This document shows, piece after piece, positions 25,515-32,933 of a stretch of 64,000 bases of DNA (the stretch's first letter is position 1; every line of letters begins with the position of its first letter). The notes beneath the pieces are model-generated. The model made no database searches and was not told the origin of the DNA. It was given only the letters and a program-made list of their open reading frames with translations. The stretch is from Escherichia coli (GTDB lineage: Bacteria > Pseudomonadota > Gammaproteobacteria > Enterobacterales > Enterobacteriaceae). Made by a program: the position numbers and the translations under genes. The DNA lies in NCBI RefSeq assembly GCF_050920415.1, contig NZ_CP169309.1; one strand, given 5' to 3'.

Positions 25515-25847
25515 TTATAGTGGGTGATGCCATTTCATTTCTGTTTCTGAATTAAACGGGTTTCCTTCGCTTGAAAGGAATAAATCACGCTCCCGTTTCA
25601 GTTCTTCCGGGCTTATTTCTATTTCATCAATCTGACCGAACGATCCCGGCATCATTCTTTTTAAATCAGATAGCGGACGCATAAGGCCGCAACCGCGTAA
25701 CAGCATATCGACCGCGAATTGTCTACGTCCGGCGGCGTCATTAAAGCGCCGTGCCCAGGGCACAACCACGATCCGGCGTTCGAATTCGATAAATAGTGAT
25801 AGCTTGTTTGTTTCGCTATCATATGCTTTATGGAATTTAATTTTCAT
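25515..25847 (-). CDS. hypothetical protein
   Basis: 110-aa ORF. Confidence 0.35.
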   Translation of the reverse strand: MKIKFHKAYDSETNKLSLFIEFERRIVVVPWARRFNDAAGRRQFAVDMLLRGCGLMRPLSDLKRMMPGSFGQIDEIEISPEELKRERDLFLSSEGNPFNSETEMKWHHPL

Positions 25848-26028
25848 TTAACACCTCGACGTATTGCTCAAGATGCCATTTACCAACTTCATCCATGTTT
25901 TCGTCGTATATAATGACCTCTCCGCCTTGCCTGAATCTGAAAGCAGTAGCTGTAAATTCACGGCCCCACCACGCCTTTAAGCGCTCCCCGCCTTTCAGGT
26001 GTTTAACCTTTACTTCTTTTATAGCCAT
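25837..26028 (-). CDS. hypothetical protein
   Basis: 63-aa ORF. Confidence 0.35.
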   Translation of the reverse strand: MAIKEVKVKHLKGGERLKAWWGREFTATAFRFRQGGEVIIYDENMDEVGKWHLEQYVEVLNEN

Positions 26029-26291
26029 ACGCCAAACATCCCATTCAGTCCGGCGAACAATTTCCGCCAGTGGTTTTCAGCATAAGCCCGGAACGGCTTA
26101 ACGCGAACATTGCGGGCCTTCAGTTCAATCTTGTCGAAGAAACGCGGCTCTATAATTGTTCCGTCCAGATATTTAACCAGGATCGGGCGCTCAAGATCGT
26201 TATAAGTCTTGTTCAGCACGACCAGGCCAGGGTCGCTACGATATTCTGGCAAAATAACAAGATCGCCCTCTTTTGCATTCCAAGTAACCAT
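26019..26291 (-). CDS. hypothetical protein
   Basis: ATG at 26291 overlaps the stop of the upstream small peptide ORF. Confidence 0.35.
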   Translation of the reverse strand: MVTWNAKEGDLVILPEYRSDPGLVVLNKTYNDLERPILVKYLDGTIIEPRFFDKIELKARNVRVKPFRAYAENHWRKLFAGLNGMFGVWL

Positions 26292-26410
26292 CACATCACC
26301 CCCTTACCAATAAAAGCCAATACCGCAGCAAGTGCTCCACAAAATACAACCGTAAACAGGAAACAAATAACGCAAAACGCGACATTCACAATGTCCTTAC
26401 CGACTTTCAT
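26291..26410 (-). CDS. small hydrophobic peptide (39 aa)
   Basis: MKVGKDIVNVAFCVICFLFTVVFCGALAAVLAFIGKGVM; GAGG SD; not in the ORF track. Confidence 0.35.
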   Translation of the reverse strand: MKVGKDIVNVAFCVICFLFTVVFCGALAAVLAFIGKGVM

Positions 26411-26418
26411 GATTAACC

Positions 26419-26532
26419 TCACATATTAGTAATCAGTTTTATGATCGCTACCGTGATATAAAGAGAAGCAGCAAGATAAGCAACAGCTATTGCAACTCCA
26501 GCGGATAACGCTGCTATTTTGATTATGTTCAT
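26419..26532 (-). CDS. small hydrophobic peptide (37 aa)
   Basis: MNIIKIAALSAGVAIAVAYLAASLYITVAIIKLITNM; GGAGG SD; ATGA overlap with the upstream gene. Confidence 0.4.
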   Translation of the reverse strand: MNIIKIAALSAGVAIAVAYLAASLYITVAIIKLITNM

Positions 26533-26780
26533 TTTTCAGCCTCCGCAATAAATCTATCCAACCATTTATTATTCGCCAGGCGTTCGGCATCTTCGCCAAA
26601 TGATTTACGATCGCTTAATTCCTGTCGAGTAGGGAAAGGCCATTTATCAACCCAGCCCGCAGACGTTTCGAATTCATAGTTGCCGCCGCCGAAATCAACA
26701 AATACATCACTATCATCAAGGCTTTCAGCAGTTCTCTGAAAACCTCTACCGTTATTTTCGCTTAATGTTGTAGCTGTCAT
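26529..26780 (-). CDS. hypothetical protein
   Basis: About 83 aa starting MTATTLSENN; table start is probably too long. Confidence 0.3.
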   Translation of the reverse strand: MTATTLSENNGRGFQRTAESLDDSDVFVDFGGGNYEFETSAGWVDKWPFPTRQELSDRKSFGEDAERLANNKWLDRFIAEAEK

Positions 26781-26793
26781 GATTAACACCTCA

Positions 26794-27072
26794 TTAATCG
26801 TTAATAACCTGGCCCATACGCCCGCGATATTTGCGCATACGTGGATCGACATATTCAGGCCAATGCATATCCGGTTTTCTTTGCAGTGGGTAAAAACTTG
26901 CCTGCCAGTTGTCGAACCATATTTGCTTTGCGTACAGGTCACTAAATCTTTTTGCCATCCGATCCGCTGCCGTGCCGCATAAAAAAAGCCCGCGATCGAT
27001 TTGATCACGGGCTTCTTTTAATACTTGCTCTTTTGTTCGTGGTTGCGGTGGCGGTTTTAGATAATCACTCAT
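26794..27072 (-). CDS. hypothetical protein
   Basis: About 92 aa starting MSDYLKPPPQ; the upstream extension overlaps ssb. Confidence 0.3.
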   Translation of the reverse strand: MSDYLKPPPQPRTKEQVLKEARDQIDRGLFLCGTAADRMAKRFSDLYAKQIWFDNWQASFYPLQRKPDMHWPEYVDPRMRKYRGRMGQVIND

Positions 27073-27088
27073 CGCTAACGCATTGATT

Positions 27089-27508
27089 CTAAAAAGGAAT
27101 ATCGTCGTCGAAGTCCATCGGAGGCGGATTATTCCCGTTATTATTCTGCTGCTGCGGCGGCGCTTTCTGCTGCTGTCCTTGCTGCTGGCCTTGTTGGTTA
27201 ACATTCATGAATTCAAATTCGTTAACCGCCACTTCTACCGCAGTCCCCTTCGTGCCGTCGTTCCGGTCATATTGCCGAACATCCAGGCGACCGCTTACCA
27301 CTATTTTTCCACCCTTGCGGATATGTGGCGCTAATTTTTCCGCACGCTCGCCAAATACCAGACAAGTGATCCACATTACCCGCTTATTATCACCGTAGCC
27401 ATTCGTTACAGCTAACGGGAAGCTACCGATCGCTTTACCGCTTTGCGTGTAGCGGACTTCCATGTCATTTCCGATATTCCCGCCCAGCGTAATTGAATTT
27501 AAGCTCAT
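27089..27508 (-). CDS. ssb: single-stranded DNA-binding protein
   Basis: 139 aa; OB-fold region, Gln/Gly/Pro-rich linker and acidic C-terminal tail MDFDDDIPF. Confidence 0.75.
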   Translation of the reverse strand: MSLNSITLGGNIGNDMEVRYTQSGKAIGSFPLAVTNGYGDNKRVMWITCLVFGERAEKLAPHIRKGGKIVVSGRLDVRQYDRNDGTKGTAVEVAVNEFEFMNVNQQGQQQGQQQKAPPQQQNNNGNNPPPMDFDDDIPF

Positions 27509-28149
27509 TAACCCATCTCCCCGTTAAGCTCTGATTTTCTGATCTGGTATACGTCGCTCGCTTTCTGTCGTTGCTCTGAGTTTTCAGGTAATAACTTCCA
27601 GCATTTAGCAAAAATATCTTTAAGTGCTTTTTCGTCCTGCGCTTTCGCTGCCGCATCACAGAAACGTGCTAATACTTCATCAGGATTTGGCGGCGCTTTC
27701 TGCTGCTGCGGTTGTTGTTTTGGTGGGTTTTTCTGTTGTCGCGGCTGCTGGCCTGTCTGCTTCGCGTAAGCATCAGTATCAGGATCGCGAGCATCATCTA
27801 TACAGAATAAACCGTTCAAAGCATATTTCCGCGCGTAACTTGATGTTGCTCCTGTTAGCTGGCTGGCGTCCATACCCTTCTTGCTTTCTTCCTCCCTGGC
27901 ATAAGCAGTTACCGCTATTACGTCTTCACCGTCGCTTAGCGTCGCCGTAGCTTTCACATAATAGCGATTGCCGATCAGGACAATTTCATCACTAACAGTC
28001 AGCGTGATATTTTGAAGCAGTGGTTTAACCGCCTCTAAAATATCCTCCGCCGACCTGTAATTATACCCGCCAAAATTATTACGCTGATTTTTCGGCGCGT
28101 TCAGCGTTTGCTGAATCGTCCATAGTTTTTTATGTAACTCTGTTTTCAC
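27508..28149 (-). CDS. Erf-family single-strand annealing protein
   Basis: 213 aa; N-terminal LNAPKNQ...FGGYNYRSAEDILEAVKPLL resembles P22 Erf; followed by ssb. Confidence 0.55.
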   Translation of the reverse strand: MKTELHKKLWTIQQTLNAPKNQRNNFGGYNYRSAEDILEAVKPLLQNITLTVSDEIVLIGNRYYVKATATLSDGEDVIAVTAYAREEESKKGMDASQLTGATSSYARKYALNGLFCIDDARDPDTDAYAKQTGQQPRQQKNPPKQQPQQQKAPPNPDEVLARFCDAAAKAQDEKALKDIFAKCWKLLPENSEQRQKASDVYQIRKSELNGEMG

Positions 28150-28298
28150 CCTTTAATCTCCTTCGCTGTTAACACTACGTATAAGGCTTTATTCGCGGCG
28201 CTCCACATTTCGGCATCGTGAAGCATTTCCGCTACCGCCAGTTTGAATTGAAGCGCCCGAATAACCATAATGTCACCTCCGGATGTTTACATTTTGTA

Positions 28299-28589
28299 TT
28301 AATGGTAGCGGACTTTATCCAGGGGTTTTTCCCCTAAATGGCGTGGTTGCGTTGCGTGGTAGTAGCTGCCGCTTTCATTTTCCGTATACCATTTTACTGG
28401 TCCTTTGCGACGTTCTTTAATGCTATTTGGTTTGCATCTTTCCTCGTTTGCAAATCGAATAGCTTTATCCACATTGTCTGTTTTATTGATTGCAGGTGAT
28501 GATTTTCTTTCGTTTTCTCTTTTTATCCTTCTGCGTTCCCTGGCATTCAGTTTACTGTCACATTTGCCATACATAATTGTAACGCTCAT
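28299..28589 (-). CDS. N-like transcription antitermination protein
   Basis: 96 aa with an arginine-rich motif NARERRRIKRENERK near the N-terminus; first gene after pL; boxA/boxB nut site in its leader. Confidence 0.5.
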   Translation of the reverse strand: MSVTIMYGKCDSKLNARERRRIKRENERKSSPAINKTDNVDKAIRFANEERCKPNSIKERRKGPVKWYTENESGSYYHATQPRHLGEKPLDKVRYH

Positions 28590-28644
28590 AATCTGATCTC
28601 CGTATATCCTTGATGAAACTTAATAAAAATCATCTTCGTTAATT

Positions 28645-28682
28645 GCCGCACTTCCAGCGGCTGACCAGATTGTTAATGAGCG
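28645..28682 (-). promoter_or_regulatory. nutL-like site (boxA CGCTCATTAACAA + boxB hairpin)
   Basis: Minus strand CGCTCATTAACAA, then TCTGGTCA, then GCCGC-TGGAAGT-GCGGC, ~60 nt upstream of the N-like ATG. Confidence 0.5.
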
Positions 28683-28936
28683 GCTTAACATCTTTCAACT
28701 AATCCCGCAATCATCGCCGTTCCCGGCGTGACCTTGCTCACTCCAAGCAAGCTGACTCGTCGCCTTGCGTGCGGTTTCGTGGGGGATGTAACGCTTTAAA
28801 CACCCCATGCGCCTTGTTATCAGTGCCGCTTTCGGTCCCCCATCGGGGAGTTACTCCACGGTTGACAAGGTGTTAAGCCTGATTTTTAAAGTGCCAGGAA
28901 GTTGCTTTTGTTACCTGCGCCCTTCCTTTGACTCGC

Positions 28937-28965
28937 AATATACGCCCCGTAAAACACCGAGTCAA
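28937..28965 (-). promoter_or_regulatory. pL-like sigma-70 promoter
   Basis: Minus strand TTGACT, 17-bp spacer, TATATT; two CATTTTGTAT motif copies immediately upstream. Confidence 0.45.
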
Positions 28966-29057
28966 TCCATTTTGTATACTTTTTTAAAACATTTTGTATG
29001 CTATTGATATTTAAGCAATAAATAACGCTTCCTGTTTACGTTTTGGTGTTTTCCGGG

Positions 29058-29082
29058 CAAAGAAAAGCCGCCATCCGGCGGC
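29058..29082 (-). terminator. rho-independent terminator downstream of the repressor gene
   Basis: Minus strand GCCGCC-GGAT-GGCGGC hairpin followed by TTTTCTTT, 7 nt after the CI stop. Confidence 0.6.
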
Positions 29083-29088
29083 TAATGT

Positions 29089-29736
29089 TTATGGCAGGTT
29101 TACGATCTTCGCATCAACCACCACACCTATGATTTTTGATTCTGGATTCATAGGGATTGGCGGATACAGAGGGTTGAGCGAACGTAAAAGCCTTTGACCT
29201 CCATCAATAATCAACTGTTTAAACGTCGGTATCTGCCCTTCCTCAAGCTGGGCTATAACCAGTTTGCCGTCAATAGCTGGCGCGTGCGGATCGACAAGTA
29301 TCATCGTCCCCGCTGGTATACTCAATCCTTGCGGCGCGTTCATTGATTCGCCTTTAGCTACCAGCCAATAACTATCATCTGAACAAATAACGCTAGTCGT
29401 AACGTGTGGTAATGTTGATCGCCTTGTATCATCCATATTGTTTACTGTGTCCTTCCAGTCAACAACCGGGTAACTGCCTAAATCACGCTGCGGCGCTCCC
29501 GGTAACGTGTTAGAAACAGAATCATCAATGACCATTCCATCATGTGTAACAGTGAATTGCCGACGACCAAGCGCCCGCATAATCCGCGCAATATCTTCAA
29601 GATTTGGCTCGCGGCGACCGTTAAGCCAGTGTGACAGGCCGCCTTTAGTTATCCCCATGAGATCCGCGAGTGAATCCTGGCTCATGCCTTGCGCTCGCAT
29701 GAGCTGCTTTGCTAAGTCATACCATTTTGTTTTCAT
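29089..29736 (-). CDS. CI-type prophage repressor (HTH + S24 LexA-like peptidase domain)
   Basis: 215 aa; N-terminal XRE-type HTH (QDSLADLMGITKGGLSHWLNGRR), C-terminal AKGESM serine and downstream Lys of S24 self-cleaving repressors. Confidence 0.75.
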   Translation of the reverse strand: MKTKWYDLAKQLMRAQGMSQDSLADLMGITKGGLSHWLNGRREPNLEDIARIMRALGRRQFTVTHDGMVIDDSVSNTLPGAPQRDLGSYPVVDWKDTVNNMDDTRRSTLPHVTTSVICSDDSYWLVAKGESMNAPQGLSIPAGTMILVDPHAPAIDGKLVIAQLEEGQIPTFKQLIIDGGQRLLRSLNPLYPPIPMNPESKIIGVVVDAKIVNLP

Positions 29737-29795
29737 GTCGCTACCCTATAACCTCAAAAAGTTTGATACAAGTCACAAAATGTATTTTTCAAGTC

Positions 29796-29823
29796 TTGAC
29801 CTAAAAACGCCATTCTGTAAACT
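29796..29823 (+). promoter_or_regulatory. pR-like sigma-70 promoter overlapping an operator-like motif
   Basis: TTGACC, 16-bp spacer, TAAACT; GCCATTCTGTAAACTT overlaps the spacer and -10. Confidence 0.45.
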
Positions 29824-29900
29824 TGCAGACAAGGTAGGGCCATAGTTGCAAAGACGCAAGAAAAAAGATAACGGAATAGCACAAAAAGGCGCATACCTTA

Positions 29901-29933
29901 TGCTCTTTAATAATCTGGTGTCGCTGCGAAGCG
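29901..29933 (+). promoter_or_regulatory. nutR-like site (boxA TGCTCTTTAATAA + boxB hairpin)
   Basis: TGCTCTTTAATAA, then TCTGGTGT, then CGCT-GCGAA-AGCG in the pR leader. Confidence 0.5.
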
Positions 29934-30041
29934 AAAAACAAATATCACGCAACGGCGGGATCTGTTAAGCGGTCAATCACTGCTACCTAATACTAATGGG
30001 ATACCCGCCCGCGCGTTCACTCTAACATAGGAGAAAACACA

Positions 30042-30296
30042 ATGAGTATGCACATGATGAATGAAGTATGGAAATTAAAACTTAACAGCCCTATTCAAAA
30101 ACTTGTCTTAATGGCGATGGCTGAAAAGGCAGATAACAAAGGACGGGTACATGTATCACGCAAAGAAGTAGCCGCAATGTGTGAACTTCCTGTTTATACG
30201 GTACATGATGCCTTCGCCGCGTTAATGGATAAAGGATTTGTTTGTCGTCTTGATGCATTCAGTGATGTCTATGTAGTGATGTTGCCGGAGGAATGA
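30042..30296 (+). CDS. winged-HTH DNA-binding protein (Cro-position, replication-associated HTH)
   Basis: 84 aa; first gene of the rightward operon with an AGGAG SD; directly precedes the replication initiator gene. Confidence 0.4.
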   Translation: MSMHMMNEVWKLKLNSPIQKLVLMAMAEKADNKGRVHVSRKEVAAMCELPVYTVHDAFAALMDKGFVCRLDAFSDVYVVMLPEE

Positions 30297-30299
30297 TCC

Positions 30300-31400
30300 A
30301 TGAAGTGGTTTAAGCATGATAGCGATGCGAACCGCGATGAAAAGCTCCAAAACGTTTTGCTTGATTATGGTCTGGAAGGATACGGGCTTTACTGGTATTG
30401 CATCGAGTTAATAGCTTATGAAGTAGATCAACATAATCTGACATTCGAACTAAAACACGATGCGAGAATTATTGCCCGTAACGTCGGATCAACTCCGAAA
30501 CGTGTAGAAGAAATGATGAGATACTTCATCGAAGTTGGCTTGTTCGATTGCTCGCATGGCGTTGTAAGATGCCTGTCGTTAGCAAAAAGACTTGATCAAT
30601 CAATGGCTTCATCAAAAAGCGAATTTAGGGAAGCAATTAAAAGGCTAAACGTCAAAAAAAATAAAAAGTTAGATAATCCTTTAGTGGAAGTAAATAATTC
30701 ACCAGATACAGAAAAAGAAAAAGAAAAACCATGGCACAACCATGATGCAGCCATGGCACAACCATGTCATAGCCATGGATTAGAAGTAGAAGTAGAAGAA
30801 GAAATAGAAAAAGATATATACACTTCGTGTATTAGCGAAAATGGACAAAAAACGGTCAATCAGGACGGTGTAAGCGAAGCTGCCTTGCGTTGCCTGGCTT
30901 TCTACAACGAAAAGGCAGGATGCAAGTGTCGTGATACTAAGCCATTCATCGAACTACTGACAGAAACAAAAACACGTAAGGCATATACGGAGGAAGAGAT
31001 CACATTAGTAATTGAGTGGGCTTTAACCCAATGGCGTAGCCGTGGTGGAGTACCTAAGCCTATCAACATTTGCCGGGTAACTAAGTTTGATGGGTATCTG
31101 GCTGATGCTGAACAATGGCGCAAGTTATCAGCTACTGTAAACGCTGCCGACGTGGTGGGAGAATTTAACAGCACGTTTGACGGCCTGTTACCACCTGCCG
31201 AACTGGATCGGGATCTTGAACGCAAGATCTATGCGTTCACTGACTACCTGAAAGACAAAAGTATTAACGGCTTTGTCGCCTACTTCGAAACGTTCAAAAA
31301 CACGGCTTCAGATTTTTACTTCGGCAATGGCTTCACTGCGACACTTGATTTTCTGCTTAAACCAAAAACGCTACGTGATACACGCGCTGGCGTTCTTTGA
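30300..31400 (+). CDS. phage replication initiation / replisome organiser-like protein
   Basis: 366 aa; N-terminal MKWFKHDSDANRDEKL segment typical of phage replisome organisers; acidic repeat-containing middle; position upstream of the helicase. Confidence 0.4.
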   Translation: MKWFKHDSDANRDEKLQNVLLDYGLEGYGLYWYCIELIAYEVDQHNLTFELKHDARIIARNVGSTPKRVEEMMRYFIEVGLFDCSHGVVRCLSLAKRLDQSMASSKSEFREAIKRLNVKKNKKLDNPLVEVNNSPDTEKEKEKPWHNHDAAMAQPCHSHGLEVEVEEEIEKDIYTSCISENGQKTVNQDGVSEAALRCLAFYNEKAGCKCRDTKPFIELLTETKTRKAYTEEEITLVIEWALTQWRSRGGVPKPINICRVTKFDGYLADAEQWRKLSATVNAADVVGEFNSTFDGLLPPAELDRDLERKIYAFTDYLKDKSINGFVAYFETFKNTASDFYFGNGFTATLDFLLKPKTLRDTRAGVL

Positions 31401-31533
31401 CCAACCACGATCCGCAAAAATCCAAAATTACCCATAAAACAACCTCACCAGCGAGCTAAATAGCATATGCTGCTACACTTGCTTACCTTTTTGCGATTAG
31501 CTCGTTATAGAGCGTTACAGAGAGGATTTTAAA

Positions 31534-31635
31534 ATGGACGGTAAACACGTTTTCGCCCTGGCCTTTGCCATCGCTGCGGCAATCGCTGTTAACGTCGCTT
31601 TGTTCGGCGGTTTGTACCTTCTCGTTAATCCATAA
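31534..31635 (+). CDS. small hydrophobic peptide (33 aa, MDGKHVFALAFAIAAAIAVNVALFGGLYLLVNP)
   Basis: GAGAGGA SD 7 nt upstream; single TM helix; in the intergenic region after the initiator gene. Confidence 0.4.
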   Translation: MDGKHVFALAFAIAAAIAVNVALFGGLYLLVNP

Positions 31636-31796
31636 CCTACCTACCAGTCTGTAAATCGAAAATTAGCCACCTGATAGCGCCTCTGGCGCAAAAAAGACAC
31701 TGCACCCTTACAAGTGGGTTACGCGGTGGAATTTTGCGTTGTAGCGCGTTTTACGGAAAATAAATATACATTCTGTAAACATGAGGAAGTAACATT

Positions 31797-32915
31797 ATGT
31801 CGCAAAGAAAGATCAGCGATGAGGAATTAATCGCTGAGTACAAGAAGGGGAAAACTTACAAGCAAATAGCCGAAGAATATGGAATGGCAAAACGCAACGT
31901 CGAACGACTGGGCGCGCGGTTGGCGAAACGCGGTTTAATATCCACGCGTCGCGCGCCGGGTTTTGGCGTCAATGGTGAGTCTTTGCTCGTTGATAAAGAT
32001 GGCAATGTAATCATGCGCTGGATTAAAACAGCCCGTGACCGTGATGAAATGGAAAGGCTAATGCAAGCGGCTTGCGATGCTTTCACGGAAGAAATACCCC
32101 GAGCGGAGGCCGTGCCAGTGCCGGAAATTGATTTTCAAAAAAGTCTGGCCCTTTATCCGGTATTCGATTTGCATATAGGGGCGCTTGCTCATAAAGCTGA
32201 GTGCGGCGAAAGCTACGACACCGGGATCGCTGAACGCGTGCTAAATGATTTCTTTGACTACGCGGTAGGCGCTGCGCCAATGTCTGAAAAGGCTGTTTTG
32301 CTTCTCGGCGGTGATGTGCTTCACACTGACGGCCTGTTACCAGTGACGCCATCAAGTAATCACGTTTTAGATTGTGATTCACGCTACGCAAAACTGGTTT
32401 ATGTGGCGATCCGGTCGGTCCGGCGTGCGGTCGGGAAGATGTTACTAAATCATAAGGATGTCGAGATCCAGGTATTATCCGGTAATCACGACCAATCAGG
32501 TATGATCTGGCTACGTGCTGCGCTTGCGGCTTTTTACGAAGATGAGCCGCGTGTGACTGTTGACGTGTCACCTGCCATTGTCCACCACACACAGTACGGC
32601 AAAACATTCCTTGCTTACCACCACGGGCACACTATCAAAAAGCCAGAAAATTTACTTTCTGCCTGCGTTTCTGACTGGCGGGAGGATTTCGGCAAGTCGT
32701 CGGCGGTTTACGCTCATTGCGGGCACTGGCATCATCAACGGCTGATTGAATCATCGTTAGGCGTTGTCGAGTATCACGGCACATTAGCTGGCAAAGACGC
32801 TTATTCAACGAATGGCGGCTGGCGGTCGCGGAGGCTGGCGGCGGTAATAATTTACAGTCCTGATCACGGGGAGATCGGGCGCTTTGTTTATTACCCTGAA
32901 TATTCCATTTTGTAA
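31797..32915 (+). CDS. HTH-domain / calcineurin-like metallophosphoesterase fusion protein
   Basis: N-terminal HTH (KTYKQIAEEYGMAKRNVERL); C-terminal phosphoesterase motifs DLH, GGDVLH, GNHD, GHWHH; GAGGAAG SD. Confidence 0.5.
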   Translation: MSQRKISDEELIAEYKKGKTYKQIAEEYGMAKRNVERLGARLAKRGLISTRRAPGFGVNGESLLVDKDGNVIMRWIKTARDRDEMERLMQAACDAFTEEIPRAEAVPVPEIDFQKSLALYPVFDLHIGALAHKAECGESYDTGIAERVLNDFFDYAVGAAPMSEKAVLLLGGDVLHTDGLLPVTPSSNHVLDCDSRYAKLVYVAIRSVRRAVGKMLLNHKDVEIQVLSGNHDQSGMIWLRAALAAFYEDEPRVTVDVSPAIVHHTQYGKTFLAYHHGHTIKKPENLLSACVSDWREDFGKSSAVYAHCGHWHHQRLIESSLGVVEYHGTLAGKDAYSTNGGWRSRRLAAVIIYSPDHGEIGRFVYYPEYSIL

Positions 32916-32933
32916 ACCTGAGGAAATACCATA

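Noticed and set aside
29899-29967. 22-codon ORF in the pR leader as a possible Cro
   Set aside because: Too short for Cro, no SD, and it coincides with the boxA/boxB nutR element; the 84-aa HTH protein at 30042 is the better first-gene candidate.
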